In this document: one piece after another, positions 17,383 through 27,469 of the stretch | How positions within the stretch are numbered: the first letter of the stretch is position 1 | Layout: each line of letters starts with the position of its first letter | NCBI GenBank assembly: GCA_963818475.1 | Contig: CAWFSF010000006.1 | Location: 1,344,001-1,408,000 of the forward strand | Direction of reading: 5' to 3' | From: Nitrospirota bacterium | GTDB lineage: Bacteria; Nitrospirota; UBA9217 | DNA: 64,000 nt | Translations under genes and position numbers: made by a program | Notes under the pieces: generated by a model | The model's database searches: none | Seen by the model: only the letters and a program-made list of their open reading frames with translations | What the model was told of the DNA's origin: nothing

Positions 17383-18102
17383 CTATGACCCTGACGCAGC
17401 CGCGGTTTCTGTCCTTTTCGAGCAGAGATACTCCTCTCGCTTCCTGATGCCGGCACCCGCCTCCTGATTTTTGTTGACCAGCATGACCGGACGGGAACAT
17501 TCTCTCTGCCGGTAGAGCGACGCATCGACGACGCTTGCCATTTTATCGGTATCCAGACCGTTCTGCAAAAACCGGCTCACGGTCTCGCTGCACTCACGCG
17601 TCCGCTCCATGACGTCATTATAACTGACATACAGCACCTGCATGTTCTGCTGCCCTGCGAGCCATTGCTCCATCTCCTGGAGGTGCTTCGTGTACAACCT
17701 CCTCATCTTTTCATCGGGTGCGCTGTCCTGTTCCTTGCCCAGCCTCCTCAACATCGTTCGCTGAGACGCCAGGATTTCCTCCATCCGGCGCCTCATAAAG
17801 ATCACTCTATACGTTCTCGTTGCAGGAAGGTCATACAGCAGCATGGACACCATTTTAAAGACCTTGCCTTCGGTATTGTCCAGCCACGAAGCATCGTTCT
17901 TGATCTTCTTTACCTTTTCGAACTCATAATATCCACGGGGGTTGTCCTCGTCGCTCTTTCGTATGTTGTCGATGACGACTTCCATCCCGCCCGTTTCGAG
18001 CATTTTCATCATCAACGATGTTCCTGACCGGGGCAACCCGGACACTATGGTGATGATTTTTTCCGTCTGCATTTTTGGCGCTGCCATAACCGGTTCAATC
18101 AT
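17383..18102 (-). CDS. PAPS-dependent sulfotransferase family protein
   Basis: IVSGLPRSGTSLMM 5'-PSB loop; IFMRR...EILASQ 3'-PB motif. Confidence 0.85.
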   Translation of the reverse strand: MIEPVMAAPKMQTEKIITIVSGLPRSGTSLMMKMLETGGMEVVIDNIRKSDEDNPRGYYEFEKVKKIKNDASWLDNTEGKVFKMVSMLLYDLPATRTYRVIFMRRRMEEILASQRTMLRRLGKEQDSAPDEKMRRLYTKHLQEMEQWLAGQQNMQVLYVSYNDVMERTRECSETVSRFLQNGLDTDKMASVVDASLYRQRECSRPVMLVNKNQEAGAGIRKREEYLCSKRTETAAASGS

Positions 18103-18189
18103 TTTACTACCTCCTGGTGTATTGCGTTATTCACGATCACTTTATTATTTAACATTGCCCTGAATTGAGGATCAAACAGGCTGCGTTCC

Positions 18190-18232
18190 TGTGACTTCAA
18201 TCACTGACATAAATTCCGGAAAAAGTGATACT
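18190..18232 (+). promoter_or_regulatory. CRP/FNR-family site plus -10-like element (class II spacing)
   Basis: TGTGA-cttcaa-TCACT, GATACT 37 bp from site start; same layout at 26420. Confidence 0.6.
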
Positions 18233-18277
18233 TAAGTACCGGAAAGAATAAAACACTCAAAAAGGGAGGTAACTACT

Positions 18278-19459
18278 ATGAAGTATGTCGGTGTCAGTCT
18301 TGTTATAGTATGTTTATTGCTTGGTACTCTTTTCTTCAGCGGCTGCGGAGCAGATTCGGAACAGGCACTTACTCCGGAGATGGTGGACACGCCAATAGTC
18401 GGTGAGGGAGATCAGGCTGCAGATCAACCCCAGGTACTCTCCGGAGCGCTCTGGGATTGGTGGCTCAGATGGTACGGCGGCGGCACCACCACCAGCGGCG
18501 GCACCACCACCAGCGGCGGCACAACCAGCGGCGGCAGCACCGGCGGCGGCACGATAACGCCTCCTCCGACTGACGCTGATTGTACGGCGACAGTAGACTC
18601 GTACGGGAAAAACGGACAGTACAGCATGACCTATCAAACCTTCTCGAATCCGATGTGGTCGGGAGGTGCGCCGGTAACCGTTTTCCTTCCGAACCGTACT
18701 GACCCGGCGCCTGTTATGTTCTTGTCACATGGCTACGGCGGAGCGTATGGAGCTCAGACCTCTTACAAAAGCCTGATCAATTATCTTGTCAGCCGCGGGT
18801 TTATCGTGGTTTACTCACCGTATCCGAATTCGTTAACCCCGGTCCTCAACAATTTAAACATTATGTTTAACGGGTTTGAGTTGGCTGCTCAGAAGTACGC
18901 TTCCCGGATGGACCTGACCAAAGTCGGTTTCCTGGGTCATTCCTACGGCGGCGGCGCGGTGCCGTCGATGGCGCGCCGGGGGCTGGCAAAAGGCTGGGGA
19001 ACGAACGGAGCGTTCCTGTTCCCCCTGGCGGCCTGGTATGTCTATGACATGACCGATGCCCAGATGGCGTCATTTCCGGCGCAGGTGAAAATGATCGTCC
19101 ATGCCTACGATGCAGACACCATGAACGATCACAGAATGGGAATCGATATTTTCAACAGCACGACTTCCATTCCGATGTCGGAAAAATCATACTACAATGT
19201 CGTGAAAGGCACGTACCCGGCAGATCATTACGTACCCACGGACCAGCGGATCAACCAACTGGATACGGATGTTGTTCGGAAGTCGCTTGGCGCCTTGATT
19301 GATTACACCTTCAACGCCGGCGCATGCGGAGCCCAGGCAAAAGCATATGCTCTGGATGGCACGGGCACGCATTTCCAGCATACTGTAACGAAAAGCCCTG
19401 CTGCGGTGGCCTCATCGTATTTGCAGCAGTGGTCTTCTTCAATGAACCCGAGAAGGTAG
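18278..19459 (+). CDS. lipoprotein alpha/beta-hydrolase (chlorophyllase/DLH-like)
   Basis: Lipobox FSGC; SHGYG oxyanion motif; GHSYGGG nucleophile; candidate Asp (DTMND) and His (ADHYVP); Gly/Thr linker. Confidence 0.8.
   Translation: MKYVGVSLVIVCLLLGTLFFSGCGADSEQALTPEMVDTPIVGEGDQAADQPQVLSGALWDWWLRWYGGGTTTSGGTTTSGGTTSGGSTGGGTITPPPTDADCTATVDSYGKNGQYSMTYQTFSNPMWSGGAPVTVFLPNRTDPAPVMFLSHGYGGAYGAQTSYKSLINYLVSRGFIVVYSPYPNSLTPVLNNLNIMFNGFELAAQKYASRMDLTKVGFLGHSYGGGAVPSMARRGLAKGWGTNGAFLFPLAAWYVYDMTDAQMASFPAQVKMIVHAYDADTMNDHRMGIDIFNSTTSIPMSEKSYYNVVKGTYPADHYVPTDQRINQLDTDVVRKSLGALIDYTFNAGACGAQAKAYALDGTGTHFQHTVTKSPAAVASSYLQQWSSSMNPRR
18475..18552 (+). repeat. coding tandem repeat (GGTTTS)n
   Basis: CGGCGGCACCACCACCAG units repeated with decay. 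Confidence 0.8.
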
Positions 19460-19481
19460 CCTCTGTTTGCATCGTTTCGGG

Positions 19482-19512
19482 AGAGAGGAGCGAAAGCTCC
19501 TCTCTTTTTTTG
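19482..19512 (+). terminator. intrinsic terminator
   Basis: AGAGAGGAGC-gaaa-GCTCCTCTCT plus T tract. Confidence 0.8.
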
Positions 19513-19559
19513 GTTTATTCGCAATAAAGTGAAGTCAACTACGAACGGACACCACCTCA

Positions 19560-21101
19560 TCATGGGTTGTCGACTCCCGTATCCGGGGATTCGGTTTTTC
19601 TGTCCATGTCAAACGTGCCGCCGTTGGAATCGACAACAGGGGTTTCGACTTGTTGTATCCCGGTTGGCGAAGTAAGTGCCCATACTCCGTTCTGATATGA
19701 GGAAAAGACCACTAGGGGTTCACCTGAGCTGTTTAACACGATCGGGAACTGTCCCCACGGCATGGCGGAGTATCCTCTTCCCTCATCGACCCGGTATCTC
19801 CATAAGAGCGTGCCGCTCGATAGATCGATTGCAAGAACATACTGCCTGGAGAAATATGAATTCGCAGCCGTTACCATCATAACGGGCGCGTTATCGTCTC
19901 CTGAAATGGTCATTGCTGAGCGGGGCCTGTACGTCGTGCCGAGGTTCATGAGCGTAGTCACATTTATTGTCTGAAGCACTTCCCCGGTTGTTTCCGAGAG
20001 CCTCAGAAGGTTCGCGGAACCGTAGGGAAAATACCACATACCTCCTCTTGGATCGCGGGCCGGGGAGGTCTGCGTCGCGGACGACAACCGATAGTTCCAT
20101 AAAAACTCCCCGCTCGTCCCCAGGTCCGTGACTGCAAAAGCGCGGGGTGCGCTTGACAACGCAGGGTCGGTTCCCGCTCCATCAAAAAAGATGACGGTAC
20201 GGTCCTCACTATCGGTGCTGAGCGTGGGCGATGCGCCGCTTGGCGCCCTGAATCCGACGAACCACGCGACCTGAAAACTGTATGCACCAAATCCGTCAGA
20301 GACAAGGTCCAGGGCAATTAATCTGCCGACCGGCAACGAAGACCCGTACCCATATTTAAACTGTGTTACGACGTATATCCTGTTCCCCCTGATCGCAGGT
20401 GTGTTCATCGTGTCGAAATAACCATTATAGGTCCTGCCGTTGTATGTTATGGCAGCGTTCAGTCTTAATTGGGCAAGCATCGCGCCGGAGTCGTAGTCGT
20501 AGGCGGATACAGGTCCGTTTAACGCGGCGAGAATGATCTCACCGTTGTCCGTAACCGTTGGACTGAAGGGTGTTCCTCCGGGAGTGGTACTCGTCCATTT
20601 CGCTTCGCCGTTTGGATAGAACCGGATGATCCTGCTGCTGTCCGCCATGATGACTCCGCTGTCGGATCCGATCATCGGCGCCGATAAGTAGGCATTGGAG
20701 CCGAAGACCGAAGAGCTCCACAATGCCGTCCCGTCGGGACCGTACACCCGCAGCTCCGACGGTTTGCTCGACGCCGACCTGAACGAACAGGCAACGGCAG
20801 CGCCGTTTGAAGAGCATCCAAGGCCGAGAAGAGAACCATTTACGGTCCTGTCTCTCCATGCCACGACTGGTTGCACGGGCATCGGAAGATGGGTGTTGTC
20901 CGTCATTGCCTGGTCGCAGTGGGCCATTGCGCAGCCTGTCGGGGCAACGATGTCTTGTGCAATCTGAGCCTCGGCAGATTGGTGGATAAGAAGTATGAGA
21001 GCAAAAGCAACAACCACACCAAACACACCGTTCACCCTGCGTCTGTCGGAAAGGAGCATTTCAACTCCTGAAGCTCTATTTTCCCTCAAGGTTCCATTCA
21101 T
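19560..21101 (-). CDS. secreted PQQ-like beta-propeller protein (paralog of 23211-24644)
   Basis: Signal-like segment; repeated G..LW blades (GTALWSS, GEAKWTS, GEFLWNY, GTLLWRY); CAMAHCD motif. Confidence 0.7.
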   Translation of the reverse strand: MNGTLRENRASGVEMLLSDRRRVNGVFGVVVAFALILLIHQSAEAQIAQDIVAPTGCAMAHCDQAMTDNTHLPMPVQPVVAWRDRTVNGSLLGLGCSSNGAAVACSFRSASSKPSELRVYGPDGTALWSSSVFGSNAYLSAPMIGSDSGVIMADSSRIIRFYPNGEAKWTSTTPGGTPFSPTVTDNGEIILAALNGPVSAYDYDSGAMLAQLRLNAAITYNGRTYNGYFDTMNTPAIRGNRIYVVTQFKYGYGSSLPVGRLIALDLVSDGFGAYSFQVAWFVGFRAPSGASPTLSTDSEDRTVIFFDGAGTDPALSSAPRAFAVTDLGTSGEFLWNYRLSSATQTSPARDPRGGMWYFPYGSANLLRLSETTGEVLQTINVTTLMNLGTTYRPRSAMTISGDDNAPVMMVTAANSYFSRQYVLAIDLSSGTLLWRYRVDEGRGYSAMPWGQFPIVLNSSGEPLVVFSSYQNGVWALTSPTGIQQVETPVVDSNGGTFDMDRKTESPDTGVDNP

Positions 21102-21141
21102 TGTCGTCTCTCCTTCATTTCGGTAGAACAACCTGTTTTAT

Positions 21142-21750
21142 TCAAACTATCCGGTTCGCCGCCAGGTAATCGAGAATTTGTGACACGCACTCATCCACGC
21201 TCAATATATCCGACTTGATGCTGATTTCAGGATTTGACGGCACTTCATAGGGGTCGGAAACCCCGGTAAAGTGTTCGATCTGTCCGTTCCGCGCCTTCTT
21301 ATACATCCCTTTTGGATCTCTTGATTCGCAGACCGCTATATCGCAGTCCAGATATACTTCGACAAACTGTCTTTCGGGAAACAGACTGCGGATCATAGCC
21401 CGGTCGCTTCCATAAGGAGAAATGAATGACGCTATCGTGAGGATGCCTGCGTCGACAAACAACTTTGCGACTTCTCCGATTCTCCGTAAGTTTTCCTTGC
21501 GGTCCTCTTCTGAAAACCCGAGGTTTTTGTTCAACCCATGCCTCACGTTATCACCATCAAGCACGTACGATCGAATCCCTTCCTCATGAAGCCGCAACTC
21601 CAATTCGTGGGCAATTGTTGATTTCCCGGACGCGGACAGGCCGGTAATCCAAATAAGCGCTGACTTATGTTTATTGAGCTCCCACCTTTCTTTTTTTGTA
21701 AGAAGCCCGTTATGCCAGACAACATTGGATGTTAAAGTCATACGATGCAA
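21142..21750 (-). CDS. cysC: adenylyl-sulfate kinase
   Basis: WITGLSASGKSTIA, LDGDNVRHGLN, SFISPY, RDPKGMY, FTGVSDPYE. Confidence 0.95.
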   Translation of the reverse strand: MHRMTLTSNVVWHNGLLTKKERWELNKHKSALIWITGLSASGKSTIAHELELRLHEEGIRSYVLDGDNVRHGLNKNLGFSEEDRKENLRRIGEVAKLFVDAGILTIASFISPYGSDRAMIRSLFPERQFVEVYLDCDIAVCESRDPKGMYKKARNGQIEHFTGVSDPYEVPSNPEISIKSDILSVDECVSQILDYLAANRIV

Positions 21751-21807
21751 CCTCCTTTTTTAATATATTCATGCGAGGCATGATCTGGTTGAGCGGGAAT
21801 GCGGCGT

Positions 21808-22146
21808 TCATGCGGCATCATGCTTAATTATCTGAGCAGCTGCTGCATTCGGTCCTTGAAACACCATACTTTTTTGCAAACTATTCGACTCTGTTGTTTC
21901 GCTCGTTTCCAATTTATAGCCTCTGAGCGATTGGAGCAGGCAATCGAGGATGTAGCTCGATACATAGACAATTTGATCATCCGTGAAACCTTTTTTTCTC
22001 AGAATCTTATAAAATGATTTTGCGACAATTTTCGTTGCGATCTCGGCGTCCTTTGTAGCCAGCATGAGTACCTGATCATAACCGTCATTTTGTTCCACAG
22101 CAATTTCCTCCTTCCTTGCGTCACCGTTGTAAATTTTCACAACCAT
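21808..22146 (-). CDS. hypothetical protein
   Basis: 112-aa co-oriented ORF with GAGG RBS; KIVAKSFYKILRKKGF..DQI. Confidence 0.55.
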   Translation of the reverse strand: MVVKIYNGDARKEEIAVEQNDGYDQVLMLATKDAEIATKIVAKSFYKILRKKGFTDDQIVYVSSYILDCLLQSLRGYKLETSETTESNSLQKSMVFQGPNAAAAQIIKHDAA

Positions 22147-22161
22147 TGATGACCTCTAAAG

Positions 22162-23166
22162 TTATTGGATAAAATCAAAAACAAAATCCAGCAGGTTCTT
22201 TCCGGATGTGCTTTGCAGGGACTCTAAAGTATGTTTGCCCGATTCGATCCGCAACAGCTTGATCGAATCGCCGCAGAACGACCATGAAGTTACATTGCCA
22301 TCCGTAACAGCATCCGCATCGCCGTCCATAACCGATTCTCCGCAACGCCGTGACACCCTGTCCGATAAATAATATCGTTCCCCGATAATGACAGGATCGA
22401 GCATCTGTTCCCCTGTTGCGAATAACGGGTTTATTGACCAGGTCGCCGCCTCCCAGTTGCCGGTCACTTGCAGCATATCGTCCTGTGAACCGACAATGCC
22501 GATATAGGGCTTAACGACCGACGGAGCGCAAGCAGTCTCAGGAGCAAGAAAGCGCTCGGACGGCGGCCCGGCAATGGCAACGTAGCCTTCGAACAGGTCC
22601 GGCTGTTCACACCATATCCGGTTTGCCATCATGCCGCCGTTTGAATGACCCACGATATAAAATCTGGTGATCTGATAGTGCGCGGATAGATAGGCAACCA
22701 GGTCGCGCAGAAACTGAACGTCGTCCTGGCCGCTGGTCATTACATAATTGCTCCACGTAAACGCCAAAGGCGCCGCAAGAACAGCCTGACCCTGCGGGAA
22801 GACCGCAAGAACCTTGTTGCCGAGAATTGTCTGTTCATCGACCCCGATGTAATCGCCTTCGACGGAGCTGGGAATGAGGCCGAGTTGGTACGCGAAAAAA
22901 TGTTTGGTGCCTGTGGCACCGTGCAGGAACACAATAGCCTTGTCCGCGTTCGTTGCCCGGTAGACATCGAAGAGGTGCGGAGCTGTGGAGAGTTTCTGGT
23001 TCGTTTCGACCAGGACATTCGGCTGTCCCCCAGGTTGGATTGAACCGGGGCCGCTGGTCGGGGAGCATCCAGAAACGAATAAACACAACACCATGATAGA
23101 GCACACAATCAGACCTGTTCGTTTGCGCTTATCTAATCGCATTACAGGCGATTTATTGCTTTTCAT
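22162..23166 (-). CDS. lipoprotein esterase, PHB-depolymerase/LpqC-like
   Basis: Lipobox VSGC; VFLHG, AVFPQG, DDVQF, GHSNGGMM. Confidence 0.8.
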   Translation of the reverse strand: MKSNKSPVMRLDKRKRTGLIVCSIMVLCLFVSGCSPTSGPGSIQPGGQPNVLVETNQKLSTAPHLFDVYRATNADKAIVFLHGATGTKHFFAYQLGLIPSSVEGDYIGVDEQTILGNKVLAVFPQGQAVLAAPLAFTWSNYVMTSGQDDVQFLRDLVAYLSAHYQITRFYIVGHSNGGMMANRIWCEQPDLFEGYVAIAGPPSERFLAPETACAPSVVKPYIGIVGSQDDMLQVTGNWEAATWSINPLFATGEQMLDPVIIGERYYLSDRVSRRCGESVMDGDADAVTDGNVTSWSFCGDSIKLLRIESGKHTLESLQSTSGKNLLDFVFDFIQ

Positions 23167-23210
23167 TTTCTTTCCTCGGTTGACTCTTTCTTAGCGATAC
23201 TCTGGCGGTG

Positions 23211-24644
23211 TTATTCCGCGGAAGTAAGAGCCCAGATCCCGTTCCCATATGTCGTAAAGACCACGACAGGCTTATTTGCGCTGTTCATCACAATCGGGAA
23301 TTGTCCCATTGGTACGCCGTTTATCCCTCTTCCCTGATCAATCCGGAATTTCCATAATAAACTGCCCGAGTCAACGGTCAAATCAATTGCAGTAACATAC
23401 GCCCTGGAGTAATACGAGGTTGAAGCTGTAACGAGCATAATCGGTTCAGTTTCGCTTCCAGAAATAGTCATGACAGAATAGGGAGTGAATGTGCCTGAAT
23501 CGGTAATAAGTGAGTCTATATTTATCCTCTGGAGCAGATGCCCGTCAATTTCAGAGAGTCTGAGAAGTTCCGACCGCCGCGGTGCGTACCACCACACTCC
23601 TCCTCTTGGATCGAGCGCCGGTGAAGCTTCCGGTTTATACGCCATCGGATATGTCCACAGAAGCTCTCCGCTTGTTCCTTTATCCGTTACTGCAAAGGCC
23701 TGCGGACTCAGTGTTCCGCCCGGTGTCAGTCCGCTTCCGTCAAAGTGAACAACGGTCCTCCCTTCCTGATCACTGCCCAAGGTAGGGGTCGCGCCGCTGG
23801 GCGCTCTGAATGAGAAATACCAGGCGACCTGAAGGCTGTAGTTTCCCTGGTTGTTCACAAGATCCAGGGAATACAATCTCCCGATCGGCAGCGTGCTTCC
23901 GTAGGAGCCGTATTTGAACTGAGTTGAAACGTATATTCTATTTCCCTTGATCGCAGGGGTGTTTAGAGTGTCAAAATACCCGCTATAGGTCCGGGAGTTA
24001 TAGGTCACCGTTGCATTAAGTCTTAATTGCGCAAGCGTATCTCCGGTCGTGTAAGAGTACGCTGATATCGGCCCTCCGTAAGTTGCCAGGACGATCTCGC
24101 CATTGTCGGTAACGTTGGAACTTATCGGGAAGCCTCCGGCAGTTGGTTTGGACCAGACCACACTGCCCGTCGGACCAAACCGTATGATCCTGTTCTGGTC
24201 TGCTGAGATAACTCCTCCTGAGGGGTCAACCAGCGGTGTTGCAGGAACGCCGGCGCTGCTGAATGCCGTAGAGCTCCACAGTATATTCCCGTCCCGGTTG
24301 TAGGTCCGCACTTCCACAGGCTTGCTCGTGGTCGATCTGAACGAGCATGCAACGACCTCGCTGTTTGAAGCACATCCGATACCCATGCGGGAACCATTGA
24401 CGGTTGTGTCTCTCCACACCTGAACGACTTCGCTTGATACGGGAGGTGAAAGATGCACATTATCGGTCATTGCCTGATCGCAGTGGGCCATGGCGCATCC
24501 AGTCTGCGCAACCACGTCATCCGCAGTCAGAGCATCAGCGGATTCTTGCAGGGAAAGCGTGAGGGCAAAAACGCTGCAAAGGACGATCAAGAAATGCCGG
24601 AGTTTATTTCTTAAATCTCCTTCAACCGTTATATTTTTTGTCAT
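23211..24644 (-). CDS. secreted PQQ-like beta-propeller protein
   Basis: Signal peptide; TGCAMAHCDQAMTDN; collinear with 19560-21101. Confidence 0.7.
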   Translation of the reverse strand: MTKNITVEGDLRNKLRHFLIVLCSVFALTLSLQESADALTADDVVAQTGCAMAHCDQAMTDNVHLSPPVSSEVVQVWRDTTVNGSRMGIGCASNSEVVACSFRSTTSKPVEVRTYNRDGNILWSSTAFSSAGVPATPLVDPSGGVISADQNRIIRFGPTGSVVWSKPTAGGFPISSNVTDNGEIVLATYGGPISAYSYTTGDTLAQLRLNATVTYNSRTYSGYFDTLNTPAIKGNRIYVSTQFKYGSYGSTLPIGRLYSLDLVNNQGNYSLQVAWYFSFRAPSGATPTLGSDQEGRTVVHFDGSGLTPGGTLSPQAFAVTDKGTSGELLWTYPMAYKPEASPALDPRGGVWWYAPRRSELLRLSEIDGHLLQRINIDSLITDSGTFTPYSVMTISGSETEPIMLVTASTSYYSRAYVTAIDLTVDSGSLLWKFRIDQGRGINGVPMGQFPIVMNSANKPVVVFTTYGNGIWALTSAE

Positions 24645-24665
24645 GCTGTCTCCTTACGCACGTTA

Positions 24666-26262
24666 TTAAGGATTTGTCTTAATATTTTTTTGATTAAGAC
24701 CATATTGCCGTACGGTGCGCACCGGGAGATCAATCGAAGGGACCGTGCTCGGCGTCCTGTCGCCGATTCCAGGAGCTCCTGTTACAGTAAAGTTGGCCAG
24801 GCTCACCGCTGTTCCGGCTGAGTTGGTTACTTGAATCGGACCAGTTGTTGCTCCAACAGGGACGATTGCCATCAGTATTTTGGGAGTGGAACCAAAACGA
24901 AGGGACGGCTTGCCATTGAATGTGACGGACTGGATATCGACAAAATTATTTCCGGTCAGCGTGACAGCGGTGCCCACGTCTCCTGATGCAGGTGAAACAC
25001 CTGTTATGACGGGAAGCAGGTTCATGATCGTCGTCGGGTTCTCGAAAAAGGCAAAGGTCTTGTCGTTCATATTGGAAAAGAACGTGTGCCCTGAATGGGC
25101 TGCGCGCAACTGCCTGCCGATTTCCGAAAGAAAATCAGTATACCCCGCTAGGAAGGGCTGCCACCCAATCCGCTGCGCCGTCGCCATTTCCGTCTTCCAG
25201 CGCGTACGCCAGAAGAAAATTCTGCGCATCCAGCAGCCCATTCGCTTTCAGTCCTCGCTGCAATAGCTGGGAATCCGTTTGAGACAATCCGGGAATGCCC
25301 CAAAATCTGTCGGGATGTACCGGGGTGGGCTCCTGTATCCATAGCTGCGTAGCTATGCCGCGGTCGAGCAACAGATCAAAATCGGAAAGCGCCCATCCAT
25401 TGTCCATTACATCGTCATTCCGGGCCAGCATAAAAATGGTAGGAACAGCAGTGTTCTCCAGGGCAGCTCGGCTTCCCGGGCAAATATATGATGCAACAGC
25501 CTTGACAGTAAACGGCAAGGCGCCGCGATCAGCCTCAGCGGCAGCCCTGGTTGCGAAAAACCCGCCTTGAGAAATCCCGACAAAATAAACGGGATAGCTG
25601 GCAAGTATCATTCCTTTTGCGATCAATCGTTTGTGCACTTCAACCAGTCGCGCCATATCAACATTATCCGCAACGGCTGTATGGTCCACATCCCACAGAC
25701 CTTTTTTCCTTTCATAGCTCTCGATCATTACAACTGCGAAATTACGCGAGAGAGCCTGATCGACAAAACGGGTCATTTCCAAACTGGCTATAAGTTCTGC
25801 GATGCCGCCCCTGATCCCGTGAAATACATAAATAACGCCGACAGGATGCTCGGGAAAAGACGTTATGATGTGCGGCGATTTCCAACGAGCAGCATCCTTG
25901 AACTGCGCAGTTACGCTACTATTCTGCGACGGCATAACCAGTGTCGTTTCTCTTGCCTTGATATCATTGACCGTGGCAGTATCACCGCTCCAGCGGGCAA
26001 ATATGCGAAGCGGTGCCTTAGCGTCGCCAGGCTCTGCGGTAGAAGTCGCCGGGTCATTGGCATCATAGGGGAAGGCTGAGATATGCACTATCGATGAAGG
26101 TTCATAGAACCCTCCTCCGCTTCCTCCATTGACGATGAGCTGATACGGAACTGCATACGCCCCATTGGCTGCCCCCATACTACATAAACACGTAATAGAG
26201 AGTAATGCGATGCGAACGAATGACAAAACGCCGAGCAACCGTTTTGCGAACTGGCTCATCAC
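24666..26262 (-). CDS. secreted alpha/beta-hydrolase with N-terminal repeat module and C-terminal IPT/TIG domain (frameshift near 25150)
   Basis: ORFs 25135-26262 and 24666-25241 together align with intact paralog 27470-29233; GISQGG nucleophile. Confidence 0.75.
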
Positions 26263-26419
26263 TTGTTTTCCTCTCTGCCCGACATAGCGGACTTGTTTTT
26301 ATGCTGTCATGAACATACCGGCATCCACAAACAGGATTTCGCCACTTCACCTGCTCCTCGCAGTTCTCCTTGCCAAGGGGCGTCACTCACCCGATGACAT
26401 TTTCTGAAATCTATTCATA

Positions 26420-26462
26420 TGTGACTTGAATCACTGAGAAAATAACCCGGAAGAGTAATACT
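26420..26462 (+). promoter_or_regulatory. CRP/FNR-family site plus -10-like element, copy 2
   Basis: TGTGA-cttgaa-TCACT, AATACT 37 bp from site start. Confidence 0.6.
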
Positions 26463-26507
26463 AAAATCGTACAGTACGAACTGTGCGCATGGTGAAACGG
26501 AGGCTTT

Positions 26508-27446
26508 ATGAAACGATTTGCTGCCGGCCTTATTGCTTTATTCCTGGTGTCTGGTCCGTTGCCCGCGTCTGCCATGACTCCGGGCCCTCCTCAGTCTCTC
26601 TGCATCGTCAATACTGCAGTGCAGTACACGGACGGAAAATCGGGAACCTATACCATGACGTACGAAACCTTCGAGAACCCGGCATGGGTCGGCGGCACCC
26701 CGGTAACCGTCTTCTTTCCGAAAGAACGGACCGATCCGGCGCCGGTCATGTTCTTTTCCCACGGCTACGGCGGCTCAGCCTGGATCAGCTACAAAACAAT
26801 GATTACCCATCTGGTTACGCGCGGATTCATTGTGGTTTATTCCCCCTATCCTTCGACGACAAATTATTCCGGGCTGTATGACATCATGTGGAACGGGTTT
26901 CAGATGGCAGCAGAGCGCTATGCAGCGCGTATGAATTTGCAGCAAGTCGGTTTCCTCGGCCACTCTTTCGGCGGCGGTTCCGTACCAGCCATGGCCTGGA
27001 AAGGCCTTGTGGAGAAAGGCTGGGGAAAACAGGGCGCATTCCTCTTCGTCCTCGCGCCGTCGCCTGCGCTTCAAATGACCGACAACCAATTCAGTTCTTT
27101 TCCGAAGCAGGCAACCATGATCGTGCAGTCTTACAATGAAGACACTGTTGTCGATCATCGCTACGCGATCGATATTTTCAACAAAATGGGGGTTTCGGAT
27201 TCGCAAAAAGCGTACTACAACATTCTTACCGGCGCTGTTTCCCCGGCAGGTCATACCGTGCCGTCCGACAGGGAGATCAATGACCTTGATGTCTACGCTG
27301 TTCGGACGCCCCTCGATGCCCTTATCGATATAACCTTCAAGCTCACCGACCGCGTATGCGATGCGAAAAGCTATGCTTTATTCGGCTACGGCGATCATTT
27401 TCAACACACGGTGACGAAAACGCCTGCTCCTGTGGCCGCGCAGTAG
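26508..27446 (+). CDS. secreted alpha/beta-hydrolase (paralog of 18278-19459)
   Basis: Signal peptide; RTDPAPVMFFSHGYGG; GHSFGGG. Confidence 0.8.
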   Translation: MKRFAAGLIALFLVSGPLPASAMTPGPPQSLCIVNTAVQYTDGKSGTYTMTYETFENPAWVGGTPVTVFFPKERTDPAPVMFFSHGYGGSAWISYKTMITHLVTRGFIVVYSPYPSTTNYSGLYDIMWNGFQMAAERYAARMNLQQVGFLGHSFGGGSVPAMAWKGLVEKGWGKQGAFLFVLAPSPALQMTDNQFSSFPKQATMIVQSYNEDTVVDHRYAIDIFNKMGVSDSQKAYYNILTGAVSPAGHTVPSDREINDLDVYAVRTPLDALIDITFKLTDRVCDAKSYALFGYGDHFQHTVTKTPAPVAAQ

Positions 27447-27469
27447 CCAGCGAGACTGTTTAATCCGCT

